A stretch of DNA of 64,000 nt from Nostoc sp. DedSLP01 (GCA_034530875.2 JAVRCJ020000017.1:64001-128000), one strand, 5' to 3'. Counted from the first letter of the stretch, positions 41,843 through 51,629 are shown. Program-made: numbers and translations. The notes: generated by a model from the sequence alone, not told the origin.

Positions 41843-42736
41843 ATGACTGGAACTACACAACACCTACCAACAACTACTGCCTTAGAAAAATTCTTTTGGA
41901 CTTGGAAGGGCTATAAAATTCAATATACCGTCATGGGTACGGGACGCCCTTTAGTACTGGTTCATGGCTTTGGTGCTTCCATTGGACACTGGCGCAAAAA
42001 CATCCCAGTTTTAGCAAACGCTGGCTACCAAGTTTTTGCCTTGGATCTTTTGGGTTTTGGCGGTTCCGATAAAGCACCCATTGATTACAAGGTAGAAGTG
42101 TGGGTGGAACTGCTAAAAGATTTTTGCACCGCACATATCCAGCAACCAGCCATATTTATTGGTAACTCCATCGGCGCACTTTTGAGCTTGATAGTACTGG
42201 TAGAACATCCAGAAATTGCCGCTGGCGGTGTTTTAATTAACTCTGCGGGTGGGTTGAGTCATCGTCCCCACGAATTGAATCCGCCACTACGGATTGTAAT
42301 GGCAGCTTTTAATCGAGTAGTGCGATCGCCAATTACAGGCAAATTTGTTTACAATCGCATTCGCCAAAAAGCGCAGATTCGCCGGACTCTTTACCAAGTT
42401 TACCGCGATCGCCAAGCTGTCACTGATGAATTAGTCGATTTACTTTATACTCCCTCTTGCGAGCCAGGAGCGCAACAAGTTTTCGCCTCCATTCTCACAG
42501 CACCCCCCGGCCCGAGTCCAGAGGAACTATTGCCCAAAGTAGAACGTCCTTTATTGGTAATTTGGGGTGCTGACGATCCCTGGACGCCAATCACTGGGGC
42601 AAAGATTTACGAAAAGGCGCGTGAGAATGGCAAAGATATCAAAATAGTTCCCATTCCCAATGCCGGTCATTGCCCTCATGATGAAGTCCCAGATATTGTT
42701 AATGCTGAGATTGTCCATTGGTTAGGGCAAATTTAG
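41843..42736 (+). CDS. Alpha/beta fold hydrolase
   Basis: LVHGFGASIGHW, GNSIG nucleophile elbow, WGADDPW and GHCPHDE motifs. Confidence 0.93.
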   Translation: MTGTTQHLPTTTALEKFFWTWKGYKIQYTVMGTGRPLVLVHGFGASIGHWRKNIPVLANAGYQVFALDLLGFGGSDKAPIDYKVEVWVELLKDFCTAHIQQPAIFIGNSIGALLSLIVLVEHPEIAAGGVLINSAGGLSHRPHELNPPLRIVMAAFNRVVRSPITGKFVYNRIRQKAQIRRTLYQVYRDRQAVTDELVDLLYTPSCEPGAQQVFASILTAPPGPSPEELLPKVERPLLVIWGADDPWTPITGAKIYEKARENGKDIKIVPIPNAGHCPHDEVPDIVNAEIVHWLGQI

Positions 42737-42946
42737 CAATTTCGCGCATAAACCAGCCAGTACCTTGCCAACTTTTCCACAGTGGAAGTAGCTGACATTA
42801 CCAAAACAAGGGTATGAGTTTGGGTTTATGCGCTATGGAACGAGTGAGGTAAAAATGCGAATAACAATCTGGGTGAGTCACTCTTAATTTTGAATTGCAC
42901 CTTGAAAAAATCAAACTCATATAGTGTGGATGTAATGGAGGTTGAT

Positions 42947-43975
42947 GTGCGTAATGGAAAAGGGGTAATTCCCTTAAGTCACCATCCAGATTTTTCCCAA
43001 CAAGGTTATCAAATAATCGGCGAATTAGGACGCAACACAGAAGGAGGACGCGTTACTTACCTAGCTAATTCTCTCAACTTCAATCAACAAGTCGTAATTA
43101 AAGAGTTTTGTTTTGCTAGTGCCAGTACTGACTTATCGGATGTCAAAGCTTACGAGCGTGAAATGAAAATTTTGCAACAACTGAATCATTCGCGCATCCC
43201 TCGCTATATAGATTCATTTGAAATGCCCGGTTTCTTTTATCTGGTGCAGGAATATAAAAATGCTCCATCCTTAAGTTCAAAACGCAGCTTTCATCCAGAA
43301 CAAATTAAGCAAATTGCTCTATCAATTTTAGAAATTTTGGTTTATTTGCAAAAGCAAATTCCGCCGATTATTCATCGGGATATCAAACCAGAGAATATCT
43401 TGGTTGACGAGGAACTAAACGCTTACTTAGTTGATTTTGGTTTGGCTAGGATAGAAGGAGCAAAAATAGCTCTTAGCAGCTTTGTAAGTGGAACCCCAGG
43501 CTTCATGCCGCCAGAGGAACAGTTTGGCAAACCTCTCACAAAAGCTTCAGATTTATATAGTTTAGGAGCAACATTAATTTGCTTGCTTACTAATACCCGT
43601 TCTGTTGATATTGGTAAGTTAATTGACGATAAATTTCGCTTTCATTTCCAGAAATTAGTGCCTCAAATCAGTCCGCGTTTTGAGTTCTGGTTAATGAAAA
43701 TGGTAGAACGCGATCGCAAACGTCGCTATGCCAATGCAACAGTTGCATTAGAAGCACTCAAACCAATTAATGCTGTTGGTAGTGCCACTGGAATAGAAAA
43801 TTTAATCCAAAAAATTCAACCTCTAAAACGAGCTAGTTTATTGGGAATAGCAACTGCGATCGCACTAGCTACTTTAGGCATCAGTTTAATGAGTTGCCAA
43901 CCTGATAGTACAGTCAGGCAATTAATGGAAAGCAAAGAATGTCAAGATATTGATTTGAATGGAAGTTGTCAATAA
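42947..43975 (+). CDS. Hanks-type Ser/Thr protein kinase with one TM helix (C-terminus possibly truncated)
   Basis: VVIKE, HRDIKPEN, DFG, GTPGFMPPE and SDLYSLG motifs; GTG at 42947 follows GGAGG. Confidence 0.9.
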   Translation: MRNGKGVIPLSHHPDFSQQGYQIIGELGRNTEGGRVTYLANSLNFNQQVVIKEFCFASASTDLSDVKAYEREMKILQQLNHSRIPRYIDSFEMPGFFYLVQEYKNAPSLSSKRSFHPEQIKQIALSILEILVYLQKQIPPIIHRDIKPENILVDEELNAYLVDFGLARIEGAKIALSSFVSGTPGFMPPEEQFGKPLTKASDLYSLGATLICLLTNTRSVDIGKLIDDKFRFHFQKLVPQISPRFEFWLMKMVERDRKRRYANATVALEALKPINAVGSATGIENLIQKIQPLKRASLLGIATAIALATLGISLMSCQPDSTVRQLMESKECQDIDLNGSCQ

Positions 43976-44001
43976 AAAACTGAAGACTAAGCTTATACAT
44001 C

Positions 44002-44421
44002 TTAAGTCCAATCTTCAAGACATAAATTAGGAACTTTGCTAAAATCTCTTTGATTGCGAGTAACTAAAATTGCTCCTGTAGCTAGAGCGATCGCAGCAAT
44101 TCTTAAATCTTGTGTACCAATATGGATTTTTTGCTGACGCAAACTTTGGTAGCAACTGTATGCTGCGTCATCGAACTCCAGCAAATTCATATTACAAAAG
44201 TAATGCTGGGTTATTCGTAAATTTCTATGAGCAACTGCTAAAAATTGTGGTTTATTAGCACATTTACTAATAGAGGCTAGTCTGCCTCTTAATTGTTCTT
44301 CGAGTGTAACTGTCGTAACAAATATGTTGGAACTGCCAACAACTTGAGCGCGTTGTAGAATTTTAGAATTACCATGTTGAGAAAGAGTAACATGATCGGT
44401 ATCGAGAATATATCGGCTCAA
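44002..44421 (-). CDS. vapC: PIN-domain (VapC-type) toxin ribonuclease
   Basis: YILDTDH, TLEEQLRGR, GTQDLRIAAIAL and LVTRNQRDF carry the acidic PIN residues; TTG start overlaps the upstream stop (TTGA). Confidence 0.9.
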   Translation of the reverse strand: MSRYILDTDHVTLSQHGNSKILQRAQVVGSSNIFVTTVTLEEQLRGRLASISKCANKPQFLAVAHRNLRITQHYFCNMNLLEFDDAAYSCYQSLRQQKIHIGTQDLRIAAIALATGAILVTRNQRDFSKVPNLCLEDWT

Positions 44422-46364
44422 GTTGACTGATTCTCCTCCAAAGAAGCTTCATAAGCAGCAACTTCTGCATCTAATTCACGTCGATTTGCAGCCATATTTT
44501 CGACAAAATCATCAAAAAGCGGGTCATCTTTGAAAATCCCATCAAACTTAACCCAAGGATTAGATTCATCAACCTGTTGTTGCTGTTTTAAGATTGGTAA
44601 ACAACAAAGTCGTAATGTTATCCACCATAGATAAGACATGATAGGGCTGTTGAACTCACTATCATTAATTAAACCGTGAGCCATACGGTTTCTTAAATTT
44701 GAACCTGAACGCTCAATTAACAAACCTTGGAGGTCAAAAAGTGTGTCTTCATCAAAAATTGAGTTTATCTGTGGATAGTTGCGGGGGAAAAGAGTAGTAT
44801 TCAAATCACGCTCATCTTCAATTCCCTTATCAATATCAATTTTTGATGGTAGCGCACCGTGTTTTCGGAGTAGATAACGGATAGAATTCTCAATTTGAGG
44901 AATGAGAATATGGGTGGATGTGAAGAAGTCTCCGGTTAATCCAGCGTAAAGCCCTTTCGCAAACTGATATTCTCTCCCTGGTGGTACAAAGGGGTTGTTT
45001 GAAACTATTACAAATAAGTCTTTTAGTTGTACATTATGTTCTAGGTTTATTTGATCTCTGGCTGGCTCAATATAAGCTAGAGTGTGAAGTTTTTGATAGT
45101 AGATTGCATTTTTATACATCTCAAAACGAGTTAATTCTTCTACCTCCTCTGGATTATTGGATAAGGCTGACTCAGGTTTACGAGCTACAACTTTACCCAT
45201 TTCATTAATGATTGCAGATGGGAATAAATGATATATGGGATTTTCAACAGCTATTTCCAACACTTCTTGTCGAAGGTGAGAGGCTTTAGGTGGCGCTCCC
45301 AAAAATGCTAAATAAAAAAGCGCATCATAAAATTCTTTACCTTTGACGTGGGATCTGGCTATCTCTACCTGAACACTAATATCTGTTTCATGAGATATAG
45401 AAACTAACTCATTTAAAGATTGCTCCTGATACTGGCTAAGAAGCTTGCGAACCTCCTCAGCTTTTTCTTTTGCAGCCATAGTTTCTTCCTTAGTACCTCG
45501 GACATTCATAAAAGCTTCAAAAGCTTTCTCCATAAAATGTGACGCTCGCTGGTAGCTTGCATCTGTACCCTTAAGGCTATCTTCAGCTTCTTTTACATAG
45601 GTGTCAGCCGCCTGCATTTGCGCTGCACGTTCCTGTTCTACATCTTTTTCAAGACGATGCCATTGTGCTTTAATTTCCCAATAATTTCTTGCCCTACGCC
45701 AATCATTCGCTGATTCTGATAGGGTTGCGGCTTTCTCAGCTAGAGCAGCGTATTTATTAAAATTACCGCGTTTGTGTTCTTGCAAAAGCTCCATAAGCTC
45801 TGCTGATAAAAACTCTGTATCTTCTCCATTGCAGCGTTCAAGAACTTTCTCGATATGTGCAACAACATCTTCAAATTTATAATTAATTTTGCGTGCTAGC
45901 CAGAGCGCCCGTTCAATTCTAGCGAAACAAAAAATCCTGTGTTGAGGGTCTTCTAATTCTACGGCAGATTTTAAGTAATCTGTGACTGCTAACTGCGCCA
46001 TTTTATAATAGTCACGTCGTTTGCTAGTCCAGAGAATATCTGCAATTCGTGCTTGAAGTTCTGGGTCTGAGACTTCACCCACAATCTCAGCCAAAAAATC
46101 TAGATCTCCATCTGTCAAGCGCTCAATAAATTTAGCCAAAAACTTTTCATTTGAGCGCGGTTGGATTGCAGCATCAGTTACAATCTTCAAAATCTCAAAG
46201 ACAGACTGTTCTCTGACATTTCCTGCCTCTTTTGCTTCCTGCACCTTGTTCCAGAAGGCTCTGTTGTAAGCACTACATTCTTTTCTCTCGCTGCTATTAA
46301 TCACGTCCTGCCAGTGAGAGTTAATAAAATCTTGTTTAGTGAGAGGAGGATTTATTAATGGCAT
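44418..46364 (-). CDS. DUF4209-like protein with HEPN-type RxxxxH motif and antitoxin-like C-terminal tail
   Basis: HILIPQIENSIRYLL ... GSNLRNRMAHGL; alpha-helical N-terminal region; tail NPWVKFDGIFKDDPLFDDFVENMAANRRELD. Confidence 0.8.
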   Translation of the reverse strand: MPLINPPLTKQDFINSHWQDVINSSERKECSAYNRAFWNKVQEAKEAGNVREQSVFEILKIVTDAAIQPRSNEKFLAKFIERLTDGDLDFLAEIVGEVSDPELQARIADILWTSKRRDYYKMAQLAVTDYLKSAVELEDPQHRIFCFARIERALWLARKINYKFEDVVAHIEKVLERCNGEDTEFLSAELMELLQEHKRGNFNKYAALAEKAATLSESANDWRRARNYWEIKAQWHRLEKDVEQERAAQMQAADTYVKEAEDSLKGTDASYQRASHFMEKAFEAFMNVRGTKEETMAAKEKAEEVRKLLSQYQEQSLNELVSISHETDISVQVEIARSHVKGKEFYDALFYLAFLGAPPKASHLRQEVLEIAVENPIYHLFPSAIINEMGKVVARKPESALSNNPEEVEELTRFEMYKNAIYYQKLHTLAYIEPARDQINLEHNVQLKDLFVIVSNNPFVPPGREYQFAKGLYAGLTGDFFTSTHILIPQIENSIRYLLRKHGALPSKIDIDKGIEDERDLNTTLFPRNYPQINSIFDEDTLFDLQGLLIERSGSNLRNRMAHGLINDSEFNSPIMSYLWWITLRLCCLPILKQQQQVDESNPWVKFDGIFKDDPLFDDFVENMAANRRELDAEVAAYEASLEENQST

Positions 46365-46498
46365 AGTCTAGAATTACTTGGCTATATATCTACTATGCCA
46401 AATCTGAAATAGATCGGGTTATTGTTAGGTCTAGCTGAATAATCCAAACAAAAGCTACAAATTAACATTCCCCAGCATAGCCAGGGAATGAGAAAATA

Positions 46499-47107
46499 CT
46501 AACTCGCAGCTAAATTTCCCCAACCGATGTAGGGTAATTTTGCCGCAGTGTCCCGAACTTGGTCTGCATTAGCTACTAACTGACCGCAAGCATCCCAAGT
46601 ACCAGCAATGAAGGCGCTTCTTGTACCTTCACTAATAAAAACTGGGGTAGTATAATCGCCAATTTCTACTTGCAAATTTTCTAGATTCACTGTTACATTT
46701 GCTTGGGGATTGGCAGCTACTAATTCTTGCAATTTTTTGACATTAGCAGCATCGGCGGTGACACAAGGTATACCCATTGCCACACAGTTACCGAAAAAGA
46801 TTTCAGCAAAACTTTCACCAATTAATGCTTGAATTCCCCATTTAGCGATCGCTTGGGGTGCGTGTTCCCGTGAGGAACCACAGCCAAAATTTCTATTAAC
46901 GATTAAAACCTTCGCTCCTTGGTATTGGGGTTGGTCAAAGGGATGTTCGCCGTTTAAAGCTTTGCGGTCATCAATAAACGCGCCTTCACCTAAACCATCA
47001 AAGGTAATCGCTTTCAAATAGCGGGCAGGAATAATGCGATCGGTATCTATATCATTACCCACTAAAGGTATACCGCGCCCTGAAACTGTTTTAACTTCAC
47101 TTACCAT
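46499..47107 (-). CDS. leuD: 3-isopropylmalate dehydratase small subunit
   Basis: [13 protein letters not shown] and [12 protein letters not shown] motifs. Confidence 0.96.
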   Translation of the reverse strand: MVSEVKTVSGRGIPLVGNDIDTDRIIPARYLKAITFDGLGEGAFIDDRKALNGEHPFDQPQYQGAKVLIVNRNFGCGSSREHAPQAIAKWGIQALIGESFAEIFFGNCVAMGIPCVTADAANVKKLQELVAANPQANVTVNLENLQVEIGDYTTPVFISEGTRSAFIAGTWDACGQLVANADQVRDTAAKLPYIGWGNLAAS

Positions 47108-47111
47108 ATTA

Positions 47112-47255
47112 GGGATTGGGGATTGGGGATTGGGGACTGGGGATTGGGGAGATGGGGAGATGGGGAGATGGGGAGGTGGCCAGATGAGGAAGAAAGTAAT
47201 TCTTCTTTCCCCCTATCTCCCCATCCCCTTATCCCCCCATCCTCTTCCCTATGCC
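47112..47255. repeat. STRR heptamer blocks in inverted arrangement between leuC and leuD
   Basis: (ggggatt)n and (ggggagat)n, then complementary (cccccat/ctcccc)n. Confidence 0.8.
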
Positions 47256-47260
47256 CAAAA

Positions 47261-48664
47261 TTACAACAACTCGCGCACGTCAGATACTTCGCCCTTAATG
47301 GCAGCTGTAGCCACCATTGCCGGACTCATTAATAATGTGCGACCGGACGAGGAACCTTGCCTGCCTTTAAAGTTGCGATTTGAAGAGGAGGCGCTGATTT
47401 GTCTTCCTTGTAGTTTGTCTGGGTTCATCGCCAGACACATAGAACACCCAGGTTCGCGCCATTCAAATCCAGCTTCTTGGAAGATTTTGTCTAGTCCTTC
47501 AGCTTCCGCTTCTTGCTTCACCCGTTCGGAACCAGGGACTACAAAAGCCTTAACTCCCTCGGCAACGTGGCGACCTTTGGCGATTTTCGCAGCTTCCCGC
47601 AAATCGCTAATTCTGCCATTGGTGCAACTGCCGATAAAGCAGACATCGATTTTAGTACCTTTGATGGCTTGACCGGGGTATAAATCCATGTAGCGGTAAG
47701 CTTCTTCAGCAACAAAGCGGTCTTCTTCGGGCAATTCTTCCGGCTGGGGAACAAACTGGTTTACGCCGATACCTTGACCGGGAGTAATTCCCCAGGTAAC
47801 GGTGGGGGGAATTTCGGCAGCGTCAAAGACAACTACATCGTCATACTCAGCATCATCATCGCTTTTAATAGATTCCCACCAAGCCACTGCTTTGTCCCAA
47901 TCTGCACCTTTGGGGGCAAAATCTCTACCATTGAGGTAATCGTAGGTGACTGCATCGGGATTGACGTAGCCGCATCTGGCACCGCCTTCGATCGCCATAT
48001 TGCAGACTGTCATCCTCTCTTCCATATTCATTTGTTCAAAGGTGGTACCTGCAAATTCGTAGGCATAACCCACGCCACCTTTAACACCAAGGGTACGGAT
48101 GACGTGTAAAATCACATCTTTGGCGTAAACACCAGGGTTGAGAGTGCCGTTAACTTCTATTTTGCGGACTTTCAGTTTTGATAGTGCCAGCGTTTGGGAA
48201 GCTAGCACATCGCGGACTTGGCTAGTACCGATACCAAATGCGATCGCTCCAAATGCACCATGACTCGATGTGTGGCTATCTCCACAAGCGATCGTCATTC
48301 CCGGCTGGGTCAGTCCTTGTTCCGGTGCGATGACATGAACTATACCTTGGCTGCCAGAACCAATATTGTAAAAAGTTATGTTATTTTCTTGACAGTTCTG
48401 CTCTAGCGCCTGAATCATCTCCTCTGCCAAAGGATCGATAAAAGGACGCGCCTGGTTTTCTGTAGGTACAATGTGGTCTACCGTGGCGACAGTACGCTGT
48501 GGAAATAGTACTTTTAAATTTCTCTCGCGTAACATAGCAAAGGCTTGGGGACTAGTGACTTCATGAATGAGATGAAGCCCGATGAATAGTTGCGTCAGCC
48601 CTGAGGGAAGTGTACCAACAGTGTGTAAGTCCCAAACTTTATCGAATAAGGTACCTTTGCTCAT
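47261..48664 (-). CDS. leuC: 3-isopropylmalate dehydratase large subunit
   Basis: [38 protein letters not shown] and [11 protein letters not shown] motifs. Confidence 0.97.
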   Translation of the reverse strand: MSKGTLFDKVWDLHTVGTLPSGLTQLFIGLHLIHEVTSPQAFAMLRERNLKVLFPQRTVATVDHIVPTENQARPFIDPLAEEMIQALEQNCQENNITFYNIGSGSQGIVHVIAPEQGLTQPGMTIACGDSHTSSHGAFGAIAFGIGTSQVRDVLASQTLALSKLKVRKIEVNGTLNPGVYAKDVILHVIRTLGVKGGVGYAYEFAGTTFEQMNMEERMTVCNMAIEGGARCGYVNPDAVTYDYLNGRDFAPKGADWDKAVAWWESIKSDDDAEYDDVVVFDAAEIPPTVTWGITPGQGIGVNQFVPQPEELPEEDRFVAEEAYRYMDLYPGQAIKGTKIDVCFIGSCTNGRISDLREAAKIAKGRHVAEGVKAFVVPGSERVKQEAEAEGLDKIFQEAGFEWREPGCSMCLAMNPDKLQGRQISASSSNRNFKGRQGSSSGRTLLMSPAMVATAAIKGEVSDVRELL

Positions 48665-48745
48665 ACGTCAATCGGTGTTTAATGAGTCAGAGTTTTCATG
48701 GTATCAAAAAAAAGTCTGACTTTTTCTATACGATTTATTGATTGA

Positions 48746-48800
48746 GGGGACTGGTGACTGGGGACTGGTGGCTGGGGACTGGGGATTGGGAAGATGGGGA
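48746..48800. repeat. STRR heptamers (GGGGACT-like)
   Basis: ggggactggtgactggggactggtggctggggactggggattggg. Confidence 0.75.
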
Positions 48801-48826
48801 AATGAGAGTGAAACTTTTGAACCTCA

Positions 48827-49057
48827 GAGGTTCGTCGTTGAATATTTGAGGTTTGTCGTTGAATATTTGAGGTTCGTCGTTGAATATTTGAGGTTCGCCG
48901 TTGAATATCTGAGGTTTGTCGTTGAATATTTGAGGTTCGTCGCTGAATATCTGAGGTTCGCCGTTGAATATCTGAGGTTCGTCGCTGAATATCTGAGGTT
49001 CGTCGTCGAATATTTGAGGTTCGTCGTCGAATATTTGAAGCTTGTCACTGAATATCT
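48827..49057. repeat. Tandem array of eleven 21-bp units (consensus GAGGTTCGTCGTTGAATATTT)
   Basis: Direct head-to-tail copies with no spacers; the last copy is degenerate. Confidence 0.93.
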
Positions 49058-49114
49058 GAGCTTTAAACTTCTAGTTTTAACACTCCCTCATCTTCCCATG
49101 CCCAATGCCCTTAG

Positions 49115-51160
49115 TTATTTAATAAAAATGACACTTGCCAAAACTTGTAATTTTTTGAGTTCGCGGACAAGACCTTGAGCTTGATGTTTATAAAGTGGTG
49201 TTGGGACAACGCTGGGTAAATTATTCATTAATTGGTTAGCAGCAGCCAAACTGCATCCTGTAATCAAAGCAATTTTTTGTGCAGCATCAGCAAGTGCAGT
49301 TTTCATGAGAGCATTTTCAATTTTTACTTGCCAAAGACGAGGTAGCATTTCACCCCATTCAATGCGCTGTAAGCTGCTGGTAGCGGCTAAAACAATCAAG
49401 CGATCGCCAGCACAAAGGTTAACATCTTTCCAAGGCATTAATAAATAATTGTCTTGTCCAGCTTTCTGATACAAAATCGGTACAACCCCGTAGCCATGAG
49501 CGATTTCCGATAACAGCAAGCCATTAAGGGTATCGCCTGCTTCGATGTTGTATTCTGTGACCATGACTATTTGAGCGTTCAAATGAAACAAGCTCAAAAC
49601 GTTTTCGCCAAAGGCAGCACAAGCAAAAACTTCTGCTGACAAAGCCGCGCCACACACAACTTGAGCGTAGGGAAACAGAGAGGCGATATTGTCGCTAAAT
49701 TGGCGGTCTTGAGAGCGAATAATTAAGCGACTCGTAGGGTTGATGGCATGAGCCATTAAACCAATTTCTAGATTTTCCATGCGATCGTCGCCGGCTAAAA
49801 TGATACTTTTAGCATGGGGAAGATTTACCAAAGCCAATGCTTCGGTAGGATTGTCGATAATTAAAGGCATCTTGGGTAAAAGGCGATCGTCGAGAGTGGT
49901 AGTATGAACTCCCACGAATGGCTGGTTGAGTTCTTGCAAAACAGCAGCCACTTTCTGTCCCAAACGATTTAAGCCAATGAGTACCACATGGTTTTGTTGT
50001 GGCACAGGAAGATGTCTTTTGAAAAACTCAAACTTTGATGTAACAAGAGCATCGGTCAGCAATGCATACAATATTCCCACGAAAGCTTGACCTGTTAATG
50101 TCAGTCCCAAGCTGAATAACCGCAACCACCACGACATATTATCTGAGGGTTCTGGTTGCGATGCAAACTTAACCCCACCAAATAAATCTCCGTATCCTCC
50201 CAAGAGCAAAACAGCTGTGGCATAGAATGCTTCGTGGACGGTGATGTGAGGATAATATAAGCAAAAAAGAATGATGCCAATCAGCCAAAGCACGAGGACG
50301 GTAATTGCATAAATCGTTGCAATTCGCCTGATTTGATTTTGGCTTTGGTAGTAAGATTGCCAAAATCGCACAATTTTTCGCTTGAGATTCTTCGGTGCAA
50401 TGCATTGAAGAAAGTCTTGCCATTGCCACCAAAACTCCTGAGATTCCTCGATATATTGCTCAGATAAAGCTAAATCTTGTGCAACTTCAATGTAAACGAG
50501 TGTATCTCCAGTCTGCACAATTGCCTCTGGATTCCACTCGTAGAACTGTTTCGGTGCTTGAGATGAAAAAGGTATGTGACTTAAGACGCGGCGAGTTGTC
50601 AAATTGAGCCTATGTACTGGTTTGCCATTGCACCAACTATCCTTTTGTTGTACTTGATGCTCAATTACTCGCAACAGATGCCCCTCTAAAGTAAAATATC
50701 CGATCGCTTCAGAACCCAAAGCTTTGAGCGCAAAGGCATAAGCTGATAGATGCGTAGGTTCAAAGGCGACAAAATTACCGAGATTTTGATACAACAGTTC
50801 GTTAAAATTTTGTTTATCAGAACGTACAATCAAACGAACTTGTGGATTTAAACGGCGTGCGGCAAAAGCAGCTTCTATATTCAATCGTTCATTTCTGGTG
50901 ACTATTAATATTGAACGACAATGGCGGATGTCTGCCTGCTCTAAAACATTTGGCTGACGGCAGTCTCCGATAATTAACTTTTCTAATAAGCTTGGTACTT
51001 CTGGGATTTCCCAATATTTAGGCTCTACATCGTCAATCGCGCTGACTTTAACATCGTATTCTTTAAGAACTTCAACACAATGCTGACCTAAACTTGTCAG
51101 CCCGCATACTAAGAAAAGGTCTTGCTTTTTATCTGGACTAGTGGCGCTAGAGGTATTCAC
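49115..51160 (-). CDS. Potassium channel-like protein with TrkA_N/TrkA_C (RCK) domains on both sides of a 2-TM pore
   Basis: VCGLTSLG and VLIGLNRLG Rossmann motifs; pore region AFYATAVLLLGGYGD; GTG start. Confidence 0.85.
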   Translation of the reverse strand: MNTSSATSPDKKQDLFLVCGLTSLGQHCVEVLKEYDVKVSAIDDVEPKYWEIPEVPSLLEKLIIGDCRQPNVLEQADIRHCRSILIVTRNERLNIEAAFAARRLNPQVRLIVRSDKQNFNELLYQNLGNFVAFEPTHLSAYAFALKALGSEAIGYFTLEGHLLRVIEHQVQQKDSWCNGKPVHRLNLTTRRVLSHIPFSSQAPKQFYEWNPEAIVQTGDTLVYIEVAQDLALSEQYIEESQEFWWQWQDFLQCIAPKNLKRKIVRFWQSYYQSQNQIRRIATIYAITVLVLWLIGIILFCLYYPHITVHEAFYATAVLLLGGYGDLFGGVKFASQPEPSDNMSWWLRLFSLGLTLTGQAFVGILYALLTDALVTSKFEFFKRHLPVPQQNHVVLIGLNRLGQKVAAVLQELNQPFVGVHTTTLDDRLLPKMPLIIDNPTEALALVNLPHAKSIILAGDDRMENLEIGLMAHAINPTSRLIIRSQDRQFSDNIASLFPYAQVVCGAALSAEVFACAAFGENVLSLFHLNAQIVMVTEYNIEAGDTLNGLLLSEIAHGYGVVPILYQKAGQDNYLLMPWKDVNLCAGDRLIVLAATSSLQRIEWGEMLPRLWQVKIENALMKTALADAAQKIALITGCSLAAANQLMNNLPSVVPTPLYKHQAQGLVRELKKLQVLASVIFIK

Positions 51161-51305
51161 TTTCTATAGCAGTACTCGATACTGCTTGCCGCATTGTAGC
51201 CAGTCTCAGGTTTAATTTTACGCTGCTGCTAGTTGAAGAAGAATAGAAATTCAGAAATGAAGTGGAAATTAGGAACTGGGAGGGTTTTTGATATCGGTTT
51301 TATCC

Positions 51306-51629
51306 TCAAGTCTGCTCGCTTCCATTAGAATTTCGCCTGGCTAGGTAATCCAATACACTACTGATGCGGTCAAGAGCAGTGCTAGCTGTTCGTTGAAATT
51401 CTTGTAATTGGGTAAGATCAGCGCGCTGCTGTCTAATTTCACGAGCTAAAATCTCAAGTCCTTGCTGGTGAATGTTCGCAGTTTCCACTAACGCACCGAT
51501 CGACTGCCTTAGTTCCGCTGTAGATTGCCTCAGTTCCGCATTTACCACAACTTGATTATCAAGTTGCTGTGCTACTCGGTCTAATGTCGCTTCTATTCGA
51601 TCTAGCCTATCTGGTTGGTTTTGTGTCAT
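51306..51629 (-). CDS. Small hypothetical coiled-coil protein
   Basis: DRLDRIEATLDRVAQQ heptads; internal duplication AELRQST/AELRQSI; AGGA upstream of ATG 51629. Confidence 0.7.
   Translation of the reverse strand: MTQNQPDRLDRIEATLDRVAQQLDNQVVVNAELRQSTAELRQSIGALVETANIHQQGLEILAREIRQQRADLTQLQEFQRTASTALDRISSVLDYLARRNSNGSEQT

Noticed and set aside
47034..47672. 212-aa and 69-aa + strand ORFs
   Set aside because: Antisense to leuC/leuD and built from STRR repeats.
48827..49057. CRISPR array
   Set aside because: The 21-bp units are contiguous with no unique spacers, and there are no cas genes in the window.
48738..49178. 146-aa (+) and 74-aa (-) ORFs over the tandem array
   Set aside because: They are open only because the repeat unit is a multiple of 3 with no stop in those frames; the starts are weak, the N-terminus is STRR-derived and the + ORF overlaps the channel gene.
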